From an uncultured Acidobacteriota bacterium (lineage in GTDB: Bacteria > Acidobacteriota > Thermoanaerobaculia > Multivoradales > UBA5704), in assembly GCA_963700145.1 (NCBI GenBank), contig OY969474.1, positions 3,168,001-3,232,000 of the forward strand: 64,000 nucleotides of DNA. The letters are read 5' to 3'. How positions within the stretch are numbered: the stretch's first letter is position 1; each line of letters begins with the position of its first letter. Below, one piece after another: positions 22,044 through 31,544 of the stretch. Below the pieces are notes generated by a model. That model made no database searches and was not told where the DNA came from. It was given only the letters and a program-made list of their open reading frames with translations. The position numbers and the translations under genes were made by a program.

Positions 22044-24458
22044 CTACGGCTGCGTCGGCTGCGCCCGCACCCCCGCCACCCACTCCTCGATGCTCTTCTG
22101 CAGCAAGTCCAGCGGCAGCTGCCCGCTGCCGAGGACGCGGTCGTGGAAGGCGCGGACGTCGAAGGCGGGGCCCAGCTCCTTTTCGGCGTAGCGGCGCAGC
22201 TCGCGGATCTTGAGCTCGCCGATCTTGTAGGCGGTCACCCCGCCCGGGTGGGCGATGTAGCGGTCGACCTCGTTGACGATCTCGCGGTCGGTCCTGGCGG
22301 AGTTGGCGCGGCAGTAGTCGATTGCCTGCTGGCGGGTCCAGCCATAGGCGTGCAGGCCGGTGTCCAAGACCAGCCGGATCGCCCGCCACATCTCGGCGTT
22401 GAGCTGGCCGAACTTCGAATAAGGGTCCTTGTAGAGCCCGAGCTCGCCGCCGATCGTCTCGGCGTAGAGCGCCCAGCCTTCGGAGAAGACCGGGTAGACG
22501 TCCCACTGCCGCCAGGCGGGCAGCGCCTCCAGCTCCTCGACGAGGGCGTACTGCAGGTGGTGCCCCGGCACCGCCTCGTGCGCCGCCAGGCTCTCCATCG
22601 CCCACTTGGGCCGCGCCTTGAGGTCGAACGTGTTGATCTGCATCCACCCCGGGCGCCCCGCGGCGAGCGAGCCGTTCTCGTAGAGGGCCGAGGGCGCCAT
22701 GTTCGCCTCGTCGCCCATCGGCTTGACGCCGTAGGGCAGGCGCGGCAGCCGGCCGAAGAGCTTGATCAGCTCGGGGTCGATCCGCTTGACGATGTCGCGG
22801 TAGCCCGCGACCATGTCCTCGGGCCGCTCCCAGAAAAAGCGCGGATCGGTGCGCAGGTGCTCCAGGAACTCCGCGAAGCTCCCTTCGAAGCCGGTCGAGG
22901 CGACGACCGCGTCCATCTCCTTGCGGATCCGCGCCACCTCGGAGAGGCCGAGCTGGTGGATCTCGTCGGCGGTCAGGTCGGTCGTCGTGTAGCTGCGCAG
23001 CAGGCGGGCGTAGTAGGCCGGGCCGTCGGGCAGCGCGCTCGCCGCGATCGACTCGCGCGCCCGCGGCACGTAGCTCTTGGCGAGGAAGTCGTGGAGCCGG
23101 CGCAGGGCGGGCTCGACCTGCCGCCGGAAGACCTCCGCCGCCTCGGCGCGCAGCCGCTCCCGCTCGGCCGCCGGGACGGTCTCGGGGATGCGCTGGAAGG
23201 GCTCCAGCGTGGGGCTCTGCAAGGGATCGTCGGCGAGCGGCGCGAGCACCTGATCGGCGACCCCATCGAGGGTCACTTTGGGCGGGGTAATGCCGCGCCG
23301 CGCGCCCTCCTCGAGCAGGGCGATGCCCTGCTCCACCAGCCGGGGAAAGCCGCGCAGCCGGGCGAGCATGTTCTCGTAGTCGGCGACGGTGCGGGCGGGC
23401 ATGTAATAGAGGAGGCCGAGCGCCGCGGTCAGCCGGTTGCCCTGGCGGCTGACCAGGAGGTACCTGCCGGGGGACGGCTCGCCGGTGGACGACCCGCTTT
23501 CGGCCTCGAGCCCCACCTCGAAGCCCCGGCGCAAGAGGTCGTAGCTGAGCTGCTCGGCCGGCGTCAGCCGCGAGCGGTCGATCGAGGCGAGGGCCGCGCG
23601 CTCGAGCTCCAGCAGGCGCTGGGAGTGCGCGAACGCCTCCGGCGAGTAGTCCGGCAGGCGGTCCTCGACGCCCGCGTAGCCGATGTACGACGCGAAGTCC
23701 GGCGCCTCGCGCATGGTCGCCGCCCAGTAGAGGTCGAAGAACCTCGCCAGCCGCGCGCTCTCGCTCGCGCTCCCCGCCGCGCTCTCGGGGAACCGCTCGA
23801 TCTGCCGCGTCAGCTCGGCGAGGTCCGGGGCGACTTGGGAGCGCGCGGGGAGCGCGAGCAGCAGGGCGGCGAGTAGGTAGGCGGCGAGCCGCTCGAGATC
23901 GCGTATGAACTTACGGAATGAGCCGGCCCGGTCGGCCAGCCGGAAGTCGAGCGCTTGCGCGAGCGCCGCCTGGTCGACCCGCGGGCCGTAGATTCTTCCC
24001 GTGGTCATGCGGGCGGAAAGCCAGCCCTTGGCGTCGCGCACGGCTTCCGGATCGGGCGGCGATTCGATCTGCACCGGCAAGCCTCGGTGGCCGCCGAGGG
24101 ATTCGGCCGAGGCGAGGAACCAGGCCTCGAATTCTCGGACGGGCAGAACGACCGCGATGTCGCGGTCGGCGCGCGCTTGTCGCGCTCGCTCACGCAGCGA
24201 TCGGCCCAACTCCGCCGCACAGTCGTCGTCAGCGTCGACGAGAACCAGGACGGCCCCGTCGGTACCCGCCTTGCGTGCTGCCTGCTCGACCGTTCGCTCC
24301 AGCTCGCCCGCGGCTAGCAGCCTGCTCTTTGGAACACGGATCGGCCGTGGAAGCTCAGGCGCGAGCAGCCCTCTGGACTCGAACCACCGGCGGATGAGCA
24401 GGGGTACAGCCTCGACTTCTCCGAAGCCCTCGACGATGGCGACGATCGTCCTAGGCAA
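22044..24458 (-). CDS. In-frame fusion of DUF4276 (TOPRIM-like) and DUF885 family protein
   Basis: N-terminal IVEGFGE...LVDADDDC...REFEAWFLA (DUF4276); hydrophobic LAAYLLAALLLALPARSQ; DUF885 HEAVPGHHLQ, EGWALYAE, RAIRLVLDTGLH, AYKIGE. Confidence 0.85.
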   Translation of the reverse strand: MPRTIVAIVEGFGEVEAVPLLIRRWFESRGLLAPELPRPIRVPKSRLLAAGELERTVEQAARKAGTDGAVLVLVDADDDCAAELGRSLRERARQARADRDIAVVLPVREFEAWFLASAESLGGHRGLPVQIESPPDPEAVRDAKGWLSARMTTGRIYGPRVDQAALAQALDFRLADRAGSFRKFIRDLERLAAYLLAALLLALPARSQVAPDLAELTRQIERFPESAAGSASESARLARFFDLYWAATMREAPDFASYIGYAGVEDRLPDYSPEAFAHSQRLLELERAALASIDRSRLTPAEQLSYDLLRRGFEVGLEAESGSSTGEPSPGRYLLVSRQGNRLTAALGLLYYMPARTVADYENMLARLRGFPRLVEQGIALLEEGARRGITPPKVTLDGVADQVLAPLADDPLQSPTLEPFQRIPETVPAAERERLRAEAAEVFRRQVEPALRRLHDFLAKSYVPRARESIAASALPDGPAYYARLLRSYTTTDLTADEIHQLGLSEVARIRKEMDAVVASTGFEGSFAEFLEHLRTDPRFFWERPEDMVAGYRDIVKRIDPELIKLFGRLPRLPYGVKPMGDEANMAPSALYENGSLAAGRPGWMQINTFDLKARPKWAMESLAAHEAVPGHHLQYALVEELEALPAWRQWDVYPVFSEGWALYAETIGGELGLYKDPYSKFGQLNAEMWRAIRLVLDTGLHAYGWTRQQAIDYCRANSARTDREIVNEVDRYIAHPGGVTAYKIGELKIRELRRYAEKELGPAFDVRAFHDRVLGSGQLPLDLLQKSIEEWVAGVRAQPTQP

Positions 24459-25650
24459 CGGGAGCGGGCTCCTCGAAGAGCTTCACATCCGGCAGGTCCG
24501 CCTGGGCCGGGTCGGGGAAGAGCTGATCCATGCGCAGCAGCTCGCCCGGAGTCCGAAGGTGGTCCTGCAGAAGCCCCCGAGTCACCTCGTCGAGCTGCCC
24601 AACTTGCGTGCGACCTTTGAGCTGCTCGACCACGAGCACTTCGTCCGCTCCGATCGACGAGTCGTCCAGGAGATCCGGGCTGTGGCTCGTGACGACGATC
24701 TGTCTCTTCAGGCCCGCCTCCCGCATCGCGTCGAGCAGCACGCCGAGGGCCGCGGGGTGGAGCGCGTTTTCCGGCTCCTCGATGGCTACGAGGGGCGCCG
24801 ACGGCCGCGGTAGGCCGTTCGGCTGGAAGAGCGCGACCAGGATGCCCAACGCGCGGAGCGTTCCGTCAGACATGTTCGCCGCCAGGAACCGCCACGGGCT
24901 GTCGGTGTCGCCCACCTCCTGACGAAACTCGATCGTCTCGCGCGGCCCCAACGTCTTTCGGGAGATTCCTCGCACTCCGGGAACGATCTTTTCCAAGTAC
25001 TGCTCGACGCGCTCCTTGGCGGCCGGCAGCTCCTCCTGGAGACGGCCGACGACGCTCGCGAGATTGCTCCCGTCGCGGCGGAGGATCGAGCCCTCCTCCG
25101 GGGGTTGCAGCTCCCGAATCTCCTCCGGAATCAGGTTGTAGAACCCGGCGCGCCCGAAGCTGTCGTAGAGCTCCCGGAACTCCTCGCGCCCGGCTGCCTG
25201 GCCGAGGTAGAGACGGTCCGCTGCCGCCGGCGGAGGAGAGGGCATGGAGCTGCGCGCCACGCGGCCACTCTCCACGCGGTAGTGACCAGTAGCCGTGCCG
25301 TGGATGAAACACTCTTCGAGCTGCACTTCAAAGCCACCTCGCGAGCGGGCGGCGACCTCGAAGGCATAGCTGCCCGAAGCTCCGCCGGCAAGTCGAAAGT
25401 GGTATCGCGCGCCGAAATGGGTGGGATGACCGGCCGAGCGCCGCCGGACCTCGTTGATGCCGCCACGCTCGCGGATGGCGTGGTCGAGGGAAGCGGTAAG
25501 AGCGTCGGTGACGAAACGAAGTGCGTCGATGAAGTTGCTCTTGCCGGAACCGTTGCGGCCGACGAGGAATGTCGGGGAGCCCAGCGGCACGTCGCATGCC
25601 GCGATGCTCTTGTAGTTGCGGAGAACGACTCTCTCTATGAAGACTGGCAT
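24451..25650 (-). CDS. AAA_21/ABC-type ATPase (partner of DUF4276)
   Basis: LRNYKSI, Walker A GRNGSGKS, MSDGTLR, IEEPENALHP, VTSHSP. Confidence 0.92.
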   Translation of the reverse strand: MPVFIERVVLRNYKSIAACDVPLGSPTFLVGRNGSGKSNFIDALRFVTDALTASLDHAIRERGGINEVRRRSAGHPTHFGARYHFRLAGGASGSYAFEVAARSRGGFEVQLEECFIHGTATGHYRVESGRVARSSMPSPPPAAADRLYLGQAAGREEFRELYDSFGRAGFYNLIPEEIRELQPPEEGSILRRDGSNLASVVGRLQEELPAAKERVEQYLEKIVPGVRGISRKTLGPRETIEFRQEVGDTDSPWRFLAANMSDGTLRALGILVALFQPNGLPRPSAPLVAIEEPENALHPAALGVLLDAMREAGLKRQIVVTSHSPDLLDDSSIGADEVLVVEQLKGRTQVGQLDEVTRGLLQDHLRTPGELLRMDQLFPDPAQADLPDVKLFEEPAPVA

Positions 25651-25747
25651 CGGCAGTCGAGCCCTTGCAGAGGCATCTTCCCACAGCGACAACATCAAGG
25701 GTGCCGAAGGCGGCGGGAGCGTGGTCCGCTGCTCGCCCTGCCGCGCC

Positions 25748-27577
25748 CTACGGCCGCACCGGCGGGTTCGGCCGGGCGCGCGTCGTCGCCTCGACGTAGA
25801 TCACCGCCTCGAAGCGGTCGGGGAGCACCAGCTCCGTCGCCATCTCGGGCTCGCCGCGGAAGACGGCGCCGATCTCGCGGATCGGGTGCGGGGCGCGGAA
25901 CCAGTCGGCGACCGGCCCCTCCGCCGGCAGGCGGCGCAGGTCGAGGAGGCTGAGCGGCCAGCCGGCGCGCTCGAAGGCGTCCTCGAGCGTGCCCGCGGGG
26001 GGCGGGCCGACGGTGTGCTCGATCAACCCGCGCCGTCCCCCGGTGCCGTCGAGCGCCTGGAAGCCGCCGTGGTGGAAGAGGAACCCCACCGGCAGGTAGT
26101 CCTCGCCCAGCTCCGCCTCGAGGTGGCGTCCCAGCGACGTGAAGCGGAGGCCGGCCTTGGCGATGTGCCCGTTGTGCGCCCACAAGACGATGCGCGACCC
26201 GGGCTCGGCGACGTCGGCGATCCAGTGCAGGTTGTCGGCCATGCGGCGGTCGCGCACCTCGGAGTTGCCCAGGGGGTCGCTCCCCAGCTCGACGTACTGG
26301 CGCAGCACCTCCACGTACCGCCGGTCGACGAGGGCCTGCCGGTCGGCCGCGGCCGCCGGCTGCGGCAGCCGCTCGCCGATCCGCGGCAGCAGCGCGCCGA
26401 CGGCGGCGAGGCCCTCGTCGGTGGGCCCCGTTTCGGCGCGCTCCTCCGCGACGAGCCTGGCGAGGGCCGGCCCCGCCGCCGCCGCGAGCGCCGGGTCGAT
26501 CTCCCCGAGCCGCGCCGCCAAGCGCTCGGCCGCCACCGCGCCCGCCTGCATGTCGATGCCGTAGAAGCGGACCTGCCGGCGCCCCGGCACGGCGTTCCAC
26601 TGCCGCATCCAGCGGATGAGGTCGAGCACCTCCTCGGTGTTCCAGGTCCAGAAGTACATCCCGGCGAGCGCCGCGGCGGGGTCTCCCTGCCCCGTCCGCA
26701 CGTACTCGTCCACCGCCTCGGACTCCGGCCAGTTGGCCTCGATGGCGAAGACGCTGAAGCCGAGCTCCGAGACGAGGTACTCGAGCATCCGGTGCTTCAT
26801 CTGGAAGTGCTCGCGCGTGCCGTGCGTGGACTCGCCGAGCGCCACCACCCGCGCGCCGCCGACGACCTCGCGCAGCGGCGCCATGTCGGCGAAGCCGTGC
26901 CCGGCGCGCGTCGTCAGCAGCGGCACCGCCTGGCCGCGGATCCAGTCCACCACCGCCTCCGGCGGCGGCGCCGGCCGGCGGATCACCAGGTCCTGCCGCG
27001 CCGCGCCGGCGGCGACCTCGAAGTGGGCCGAGCGCTCCTCGCCCGCCACCGCGCGGCAGACGTGCGGCGCCGCCGGCAGGCGCAGCGCGTAGCGCCCGGC
27101 GCCGTCGGCGCGGACGACAAAGAGGTCACTCCGGAGGAAGGAGCGCATGCACCGCACCTGCGCGCCGCCGAGGGCGGCCCCCGTCGAGTCGCGGACCTCG
27201 CCGGCCAAGAGGAACCCCTCGGCCGGGGCCAGGAGGCGCAGGTCGCGCACCACCTTGCCGCTCGCCTCCGCCGGCGGCGAGTAGGCGGCGGTCCACTGCG
27301 GATGGGTCGCGGTCAGGGCATAGGAGCCGGCGGGGACCGTCGCGGCGAACGCCCCGCCGGCGCCGGCGACCACGACCGCCGCCGGATCGGCGCGGTTGCG
27401 GGGGACGACGGCAACGATCGCCCCCGCGGCCGGCTCGCCGCCGGGCCCGAGGACCGTGCCGCTCACCTCGGCGCTCGCGGGCGCGGGCGGCTCCTCCGCG
27501 CCGGCGAGCGGCGCGCCCGCGGCCCCGGCGAGCCCGGCGGCGCAAGCGAGGACGAAAGCTCTGCCGCGGCGGATCAC
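25748..27577 (-). CDS. Erythromycin esterase family protein with N-terminal carboxypeptidase-regulatory-like domains
   Basis: GTG start overlapping the upstream TGA; signal peptide; VVALGESTHGTREHF, IEANWPE, FYGIDMQ, RDRRMADN, LWAHNGH. Confidence 0.88.
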   Translation of the reverse strand: MIRRGRAFVLACAAGLAGAAGAPLAGAEEPPAPASAEVSGTVLGPGGEPAAGAIVAVVPRNRADPAAVVVAGAGGAFAATVPAGSYALTATHPQWTAAYSPPAEASGKVVRDLRLLAPAEGFLLAGEVRDSTGAALGGAQVRCMRSFLRSDLFVVRADGAGRYALRLPAAPHVCRAVAGEERSAHFEVAAGAARQDLVIRRPAPPPEAVVDWIRGQAVPLLTTRAGHGFADMAPLREVVGGARVVALGESTHGTREHFQMKHRMLEYLVSELGFSVFAIEANWPESEAVDEYVRTGQGDPAAALAGMYFWTWNTEEVLDLIRWMRQWNAVPGRRQVRFYGIDMQAGAVAAERLAARLGEIDPALAAAAGPALARLVAEERAETGPTDEGLAAVGALLPRIGERLPQPAAAADRQALVDRRYVEVLRQYVELGSDPLGNSEVRDRRMADNLHWIADVAEPGSRIVLWAHNGHIAKAGLRFTSLGRHLEAELGEDYLPVGFLFHHGGFQALDGTGGRRGLIEHTVGPPPAGTLEDAFERAGWPLSLLDLRRLPAEGPVADWFRAPHPIREIGAVFRGEPEMATELVLPDRFEAVIYVEATTRARPNPPVRP

Positions 27578-29229
27578 CCCGGAGCGCGGCGGACGCAACG
27601 GACCTTGAGCGTCCCTTCCTTGTCCCACTTCCAGGTGGTGTAGACGCTCCCGTTCGAGGTCTGCGCCTGCCACGCCGACTCCGGTCGGTTTTCCCCTTCC
27701 GTCGAGCTCCAATAGGTGCCGGTGGTCATTCCCAAGGTCGCTCGGTTGTCCATCAGGCAGCGGAGCTCGTTGCTGGCCGGTAGATACCAATCCTCCCGGT
27801 TGGCGGCGTTGAGGGCCGCGCAGACGGCGGCCGCCGAAGCCGGCCCGCACTCGTGTTTCCCGATCGCCGCCGTGTTCTCGTCGCCGTTCCACTCGGAGCG
27901 CGCGCCGGTGGAGACGCCGGTCTGGCCGCGTCCGGGATCCGGCCGCCAGCAACCCCAGTCTCTGTTCGTCGCCGAATCGTTGGGCATGACGACGAGCGTG
28001 CGATCCCCGCAGCGGAGGCGCGGATAGCCCTTGAACGAGACTTTGGTGTCCGAGGTCGTGGTGCCGCACTCGTTGGCCACCGTCCAGCGGAGCGTGTAGG
28101 TCTCGTTCTCCGAGCCGGTGAAGCCGCTCGCCGGATCGGTCGGCGAAGCGATCCTCCCGCGGCCGTCCGCCGCCCCGACGATCGACCACCGTCCGGCCCC
28201 CGCTTCGCGGCTCGCCGCCAGGGACGCCGACGGCGCGGCGAGGTCCCGCTGGTCGGCGCCGGCGGCCGCGGCCCGGTCCTCGACCTTGAAGGGGGCCGAG
28301 GAGACGCGGCAGCCGTTGCGGTGGGTCGTGTGCACGGTGTACGTGCCCGGCTGGGACACGGCCAGGGTTTGACCCTTGCCTCCGGTCGACCAGACATAGC
28401 CCTCGGCGCCGTCGCCGATGAGCTCCACCTGCCGCCCGGGACAGAGCAGCGGCGGTTGGTTGGTCCTGATCGTGGGCTTCGGCGCCGGGTGGATGACGAC
28501 CTCCGTCGCGCTCCGCGCGCTCGAACAGCCGCCGACGATGGCGCGGACGTTCCACGTCCCGCCGGCCGCCGCCGCGACGTCGTCGATCCGGACCGTCGGT
28601 CCGAACGGCTTCTGCCCGTTCGGGCCGGTCCAAAGGTGGAGGACGCCGGGAACCTCGCTCGCCGCGAGCTGGAGCCGGCTCCCCGCGCACTGGGGCCCGT
28701 CGTTCGCCGCCCTCGGCGCCGGGGGCGGCGTGCCCGGGCAGGCCGCGCGGACGCAACGGACCCGAGCGCGCGTGTCTTTGAAGGTGTTGCGGCTGGTACC
28801 GGTGCCGAAGAGCATGGCAAGGGCGTACGAAGGGTCGAACGCTTCGGTCGAAGACCAGTACTCCTCCCGTTGGAACCCGCCGATCCGGGCGCGGTTGTCG
28901 AAGAGACACTTGAGCTCTTGGTTCGAGGGCAGATACCAGGGGGTGTCGCCGCTCGCGAGCCCATCGCAGACGCCCGCGCCGCCCGCGTCGGCGCCGCACG
29001 TCAGGAAGATGGCCTGCCCGTTGAAGAGACCGTCGTCGTGGGAGCCGGCGTTGGTCCTTTTGCGGCAGCCCCCGGTCGCGGTCCCACTGTCCTCGGGCTG
29101 CACCTGGAGCCTCCGGCCGAAGCAATCGATCTCCGGCAGAGCGGCGCCGAGAGCGGGACCGGCCGGCAACGCGCCGAGAGCGAAGAACGCCGTGACGAGG
29201 ATCGACCGGGAAACCGGCAAGGTCCGCAC
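27574..29229 (-). CDS. Secreted protein with two Lcl/DUF1566 (CLec-fold) domains and Ig-like linkers
   Basis: GTG after GGAGG; WYLPSNQEL...YWSSTE...VRCVR and WYLPASNEL...YWSSTE...VRCVR; YVWSTG...VSQPGTYTV. Confidence 0.8.
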   Translation of the reverse strand: MRTLPVSRSILVTAFFALGALPAGPALGAALPEIDCFGRRLQVQPEDSGTATGGCRKRTNAGSHDDGLFNGQAIFLTCGADAGGAGVCDGLASGDTPWYLPSNQELKCLFDNRARIGGFQREEYWSSTEAFDPSYALAMLFGTGTSRNTFKDTRARVRCVRAACPGTPPPAPRAANDGPQCAGSRLQLAASEVPGVLHLWTGPNGQKPFGPTVRIDDVAAAAGGTWNVRAIVGGCSSARSATEVVIHPAPKPTIRTNQPPLLCPGRQVELIGDGAEGYVWSTGGKGQTLAVSQPGTYTVHTTHRNGCRVSSAPFKVEDRAAAAGADQRDLAAPSASLAASREAGAGRWSIVGAADGRGRIASPTDPASGFTGSENETYTLRWTVANECGTTTSDTKVSFKGYPRLRCGDRTLVVMPNDSATNRDWGCWRPDPGRGQTGVSTGARSEWNGDENTAAIGKHECGPASAAAVCAALNAANREDWYLPASNELRCLMDNRATLGMTTGTYWSSTEGENRPESAWQAQTSNGSVYTTWKWDKEGTLKVRCVRRAPG

Positions 29230-29274
29230 GTTTCGCTGTCCTCCGAAAGGGTGGCGGGAGCGTAGCATGGTGCC

Positions 29275-29892
29275 ATGCCAAGCACCGGGCGCTCGCGCGA
29301 CACCCTTCTCCTCCTCGCCGTTCCCGCCCTCCTCTGTGCCGTCGCGGCCGTGCAGCTCTATCTGGTGGAGCAGCGCTCGCTGTCGCGCTGGAAGGGCGGC
29401 GGGTTCGGGATGTTCTCGACGGTGGACTCGCCGAGCGCGCGCTTTCTGCGGATCTACCTGAAGTCGGACGAGGGCGAGGTGCCCGTCCTCGTCCCCGACG
29501 AGGTCCGGGAGCTGTCGCACAAGGTGCGGGTGATGCCCTCGCAGCGGCGGTTGGCGGAGCTGGCGGACACGCTGCGCAACGGCACCTGGGTGCACCTGTC
29601 GGTGGTCTCCGCCACGCAGCATTACCACGACCTGCTGCGCGCGGCCGGCGGGGAGTACCAGGACTCGGCGGACGACATCCAGGTCCAGACCCAGCCCGGT
29701 CCCGCCCGCATCGACTTCGAAGGGATGAAGCTCGTCCGCATGCTCGGCGAGGACGAAGGTCCGTCGGACGACAAGCCGCTCGTGGTGACGGGCGCCCGCG
29801 TCGAGGTCTGGCGCTACGTCTTCGACCGGGAGGGGCTGGTCCTGCGCGCCCGCAAGATCGCCGAACACGCGTCGCCGGGCGATGGCCGCTGA
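29275..29892 (+). CDS. Single-TM partner of HTTM protein (putative C-terminal half of a split VKGC-like enzyme)
   Basis: N-terminal TM followed by LSRWKGGGFGMFSTVDS; overlaps the downstream HTTM gene by 11 nt. Confidence 0.6.
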   Translation: MPSTGRSRDTLLLLAVPALLCAVAAVQLYLVEQRSLSRWKGGGFGMFSTVDSPSARFLRIYLKSDEGEVPVLVPDEVRELSHKVRVMPSQRRLAELADTLRNGTWVHLSVVSATQHYHDLLRAAGGEYQDSADDIQVQTQPGPARIDFEGMKLVRMLGEDEGPSDDKPLVVTGARVEVWRYVFDREGLVLRARKIAEHASPGDGR

Positions 29893-30796
29893 CCTCGCGC
29901 CGGCCGAGGGCCTCCCCGCCCGGCGGCGCCGGCCGAGCGCCCTCGAGCGGGCGGCGGCCGAGATGGACCGGCTGGAGCTGAGCCTGCTCCTGACGCTGCT
30001 GCTGCTGGTCTTCCACCCGCCGCGCTACCTCTACGTCAGCCTGCCGCTCTCGGTGATCGCGCTGGTGGCGATCCTGATGCCGCCCCTGCGCCGCAGCCGG
30101 CTCCTGTGGCTCCTGGCCGCCCTCCTCGTGGGGGCGGCCGCCGTCGGCCACTGGCAGACGACCGACAACCACAAGTACCTCCTCGCCTACTGGTGCCTGG
30201 CGATCGCCTGCGCCCTCTGGACGAGCGACCCTAGCCCGTCGCTGGCGCGCATCGCGCGCTGGCTGGTCGCCGCCGTCTTTGCGTTCGCGGTGCTGCAGAA
30301 GCTCCTCTCGAGCGACTACCTGAGCTCCGACTTCTTCTACTTCGCGCTGCTCTTCGACGAGCGCTTCGCCAGCCTGGCCCGGCACCTCGGCGGCGTCTCG
30401 GAGTTCAGCGGCGAGCTCAACGAGTCGGCGCGGCGCGCCCTGGTCAACTACGACAGCGCCCTCGAGGCGGTGAAGCTCTCAAGCCAGAGCGGCACGCTGC
30501 CGGTCGTGGCGGCGTTCGTCACCTGGTGGACCGTCCTGCTGGAGGCGGCGATCGGCGCCGCCCACCTGGCGCCCCAGACGACGTGGCTCGCGCGCTGGCG
30601 CCACCCACTGCTGCTCCTCTTCGTCTTCAGCACCTACCTCTTCGCGCCGGTGATCGGCTTCGGCTGGCTGATGATCGTCCTCGGCGTCGCGCAGCTCGGC
30701 CCGGCGGCCACCCGGATGCGGCTGGCCTACCTGCTGTCGATCGTCGTCCTGCAGGCCTACCGGTACCCGTGGTCCAGCCTCTCCGACGGCGGCTGA
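29882..30796 (+). CDS. HTTM-domain membrane protein, vitamin K-dependent gamma-carboxylase-like
   Basis: Multi-TM; DNHKYL (His97), VFAFAVLQKLLSSDYL (Lys140) and PVIGFGWLM parallel the GGCX motifs NNHSYL, YFIAGVKKLDADW and IGMFSYVM. Confidence 0.7.
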   Translation: MAADLAPAEGLPARRRRPSALERAAAEMDRLELSLLLTLLLLVFHPPRYLYVSLPLSVIALVAILMPPLRRSRLLWLLAALLVGAAAVGHWQTTDNHKYLLAYWCLAIACALWTSDPSPSLARIARWLVAAVFAFAVLQKLLSSDYLSSDFFYFALLFDERFASLARHLGGVSEFSGELNESARRALVNYDSALEAVKLSSQSGTLPVVAAFVTWWTVLLEAAIGAAHLAPQTTWLARWRHPLLLLFVFSTYLFAPVIGFGWLMIVLGVAQLGPAATRMRLAYLLSIVVLQAYRYPWSSLSDGG

Positions 30797-30832
30797 CGGC
30801 GGCGCCGCGGGCGGGCGTATACTCGGGCCAAC

Positions 30833-31528
30833 TTGCGAACCAGACAGGCGCTCGCGGCGCTGTTCCTGCTGGCCGTCGGCCCGACCGGGTGCAGTCAACC
30901 GCCCGACGCCGGCGGCGAGACGACCGTCGACATCGAGCCGCGCCCCGGGCTCCCCTTCCCTGACGGCGACGCCGGTCGCGCCGTCGCGTCGCACCTCGAC
31001 GCGATGTTCGCCATCGGTCCCAATGCCGAAGCGAGCTACCAGGCGTCGCTCGCGGCCCTGCGCGCGCGGGGCGGCGAAGCGATCGCGGCCCTCGTCGCCA
31101 CCTACAACCAGGCCGACGAGACGCTGTACAACGAGCGCGCGGCCCTCGTCGAGACCCTGGCGGCGCTGTGGCTGCCCGAGGCGCGCGACGCGCTGCTCGC
31201 GATCGCCAACGAGCCCCTGCCCGAGCGCGTCCCCGCGCCCGACGACACCATGCAGCCGATCGGGCCGGAAATCGTCATCCGGACGACCGCGATCCGCGGC
31301 CTGGGGAACCTCGCCGAGCGCGACGACGCCGCGGCCCGGGCCCTCGCTGCGCTGGCGAAGCATCGCGAGCTGGCGCTGCAGGAGCAGGCCAAGCAGTCCC
31401 TGGCCATCGTCATCGCGCAGGAGAAGAACCGGATCCGGCGCCAGCTGCTGATCCAGCTCTTCCCGGGCGAGCACCAGGACTGGGTGCCGCTCCAGGACCT
31501 CGCGCCCCCGGCGCCGAGCCGCAACTAG
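30833..31528 (+). CDS. Lipoprotein with HEAT-like helical repeats
   Basis: Lipobox-like GPTG-C20; ERAALVETLAAL...EARDALLAIA...IRTTAIRGLGNL. Confidence 0.7.
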   Translation: MRTRQALAALFLLAVGPTGCSQPPDAGGETTVDIEPRPGLPFPDGDAGRAVASHLDAMFAIGPNAEASYQASLAALRARGGEAIAALVATYNQADETLYNERAALVETLAALWLPEARDALLAIANEPLPERVPAPDDTMQPIGPEIVIRTTAIRGLGNLAERDDAAARALAALAKHRELALQEQAKQSLAIVIAQEKNRIRRQLLIQLFPGEHQDWVPLQDLAPPAPSRN

Positions 31529-31544
31529 CAGGGAGGCCGATCCC

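Noticed and set aside
27574-29229. Diversity-generating retroelement
   Set aside because: No reverse transcriptase, and the two Lcl domains are not an adenine-specific TR/VR pair.
25748-30385. 1545-aa giant ORF
   Set aside because: Only the last ~610 aa (from GTG 27577) look like real protein; the rest is an off-frame or antisense shadow in high-GC DNA.
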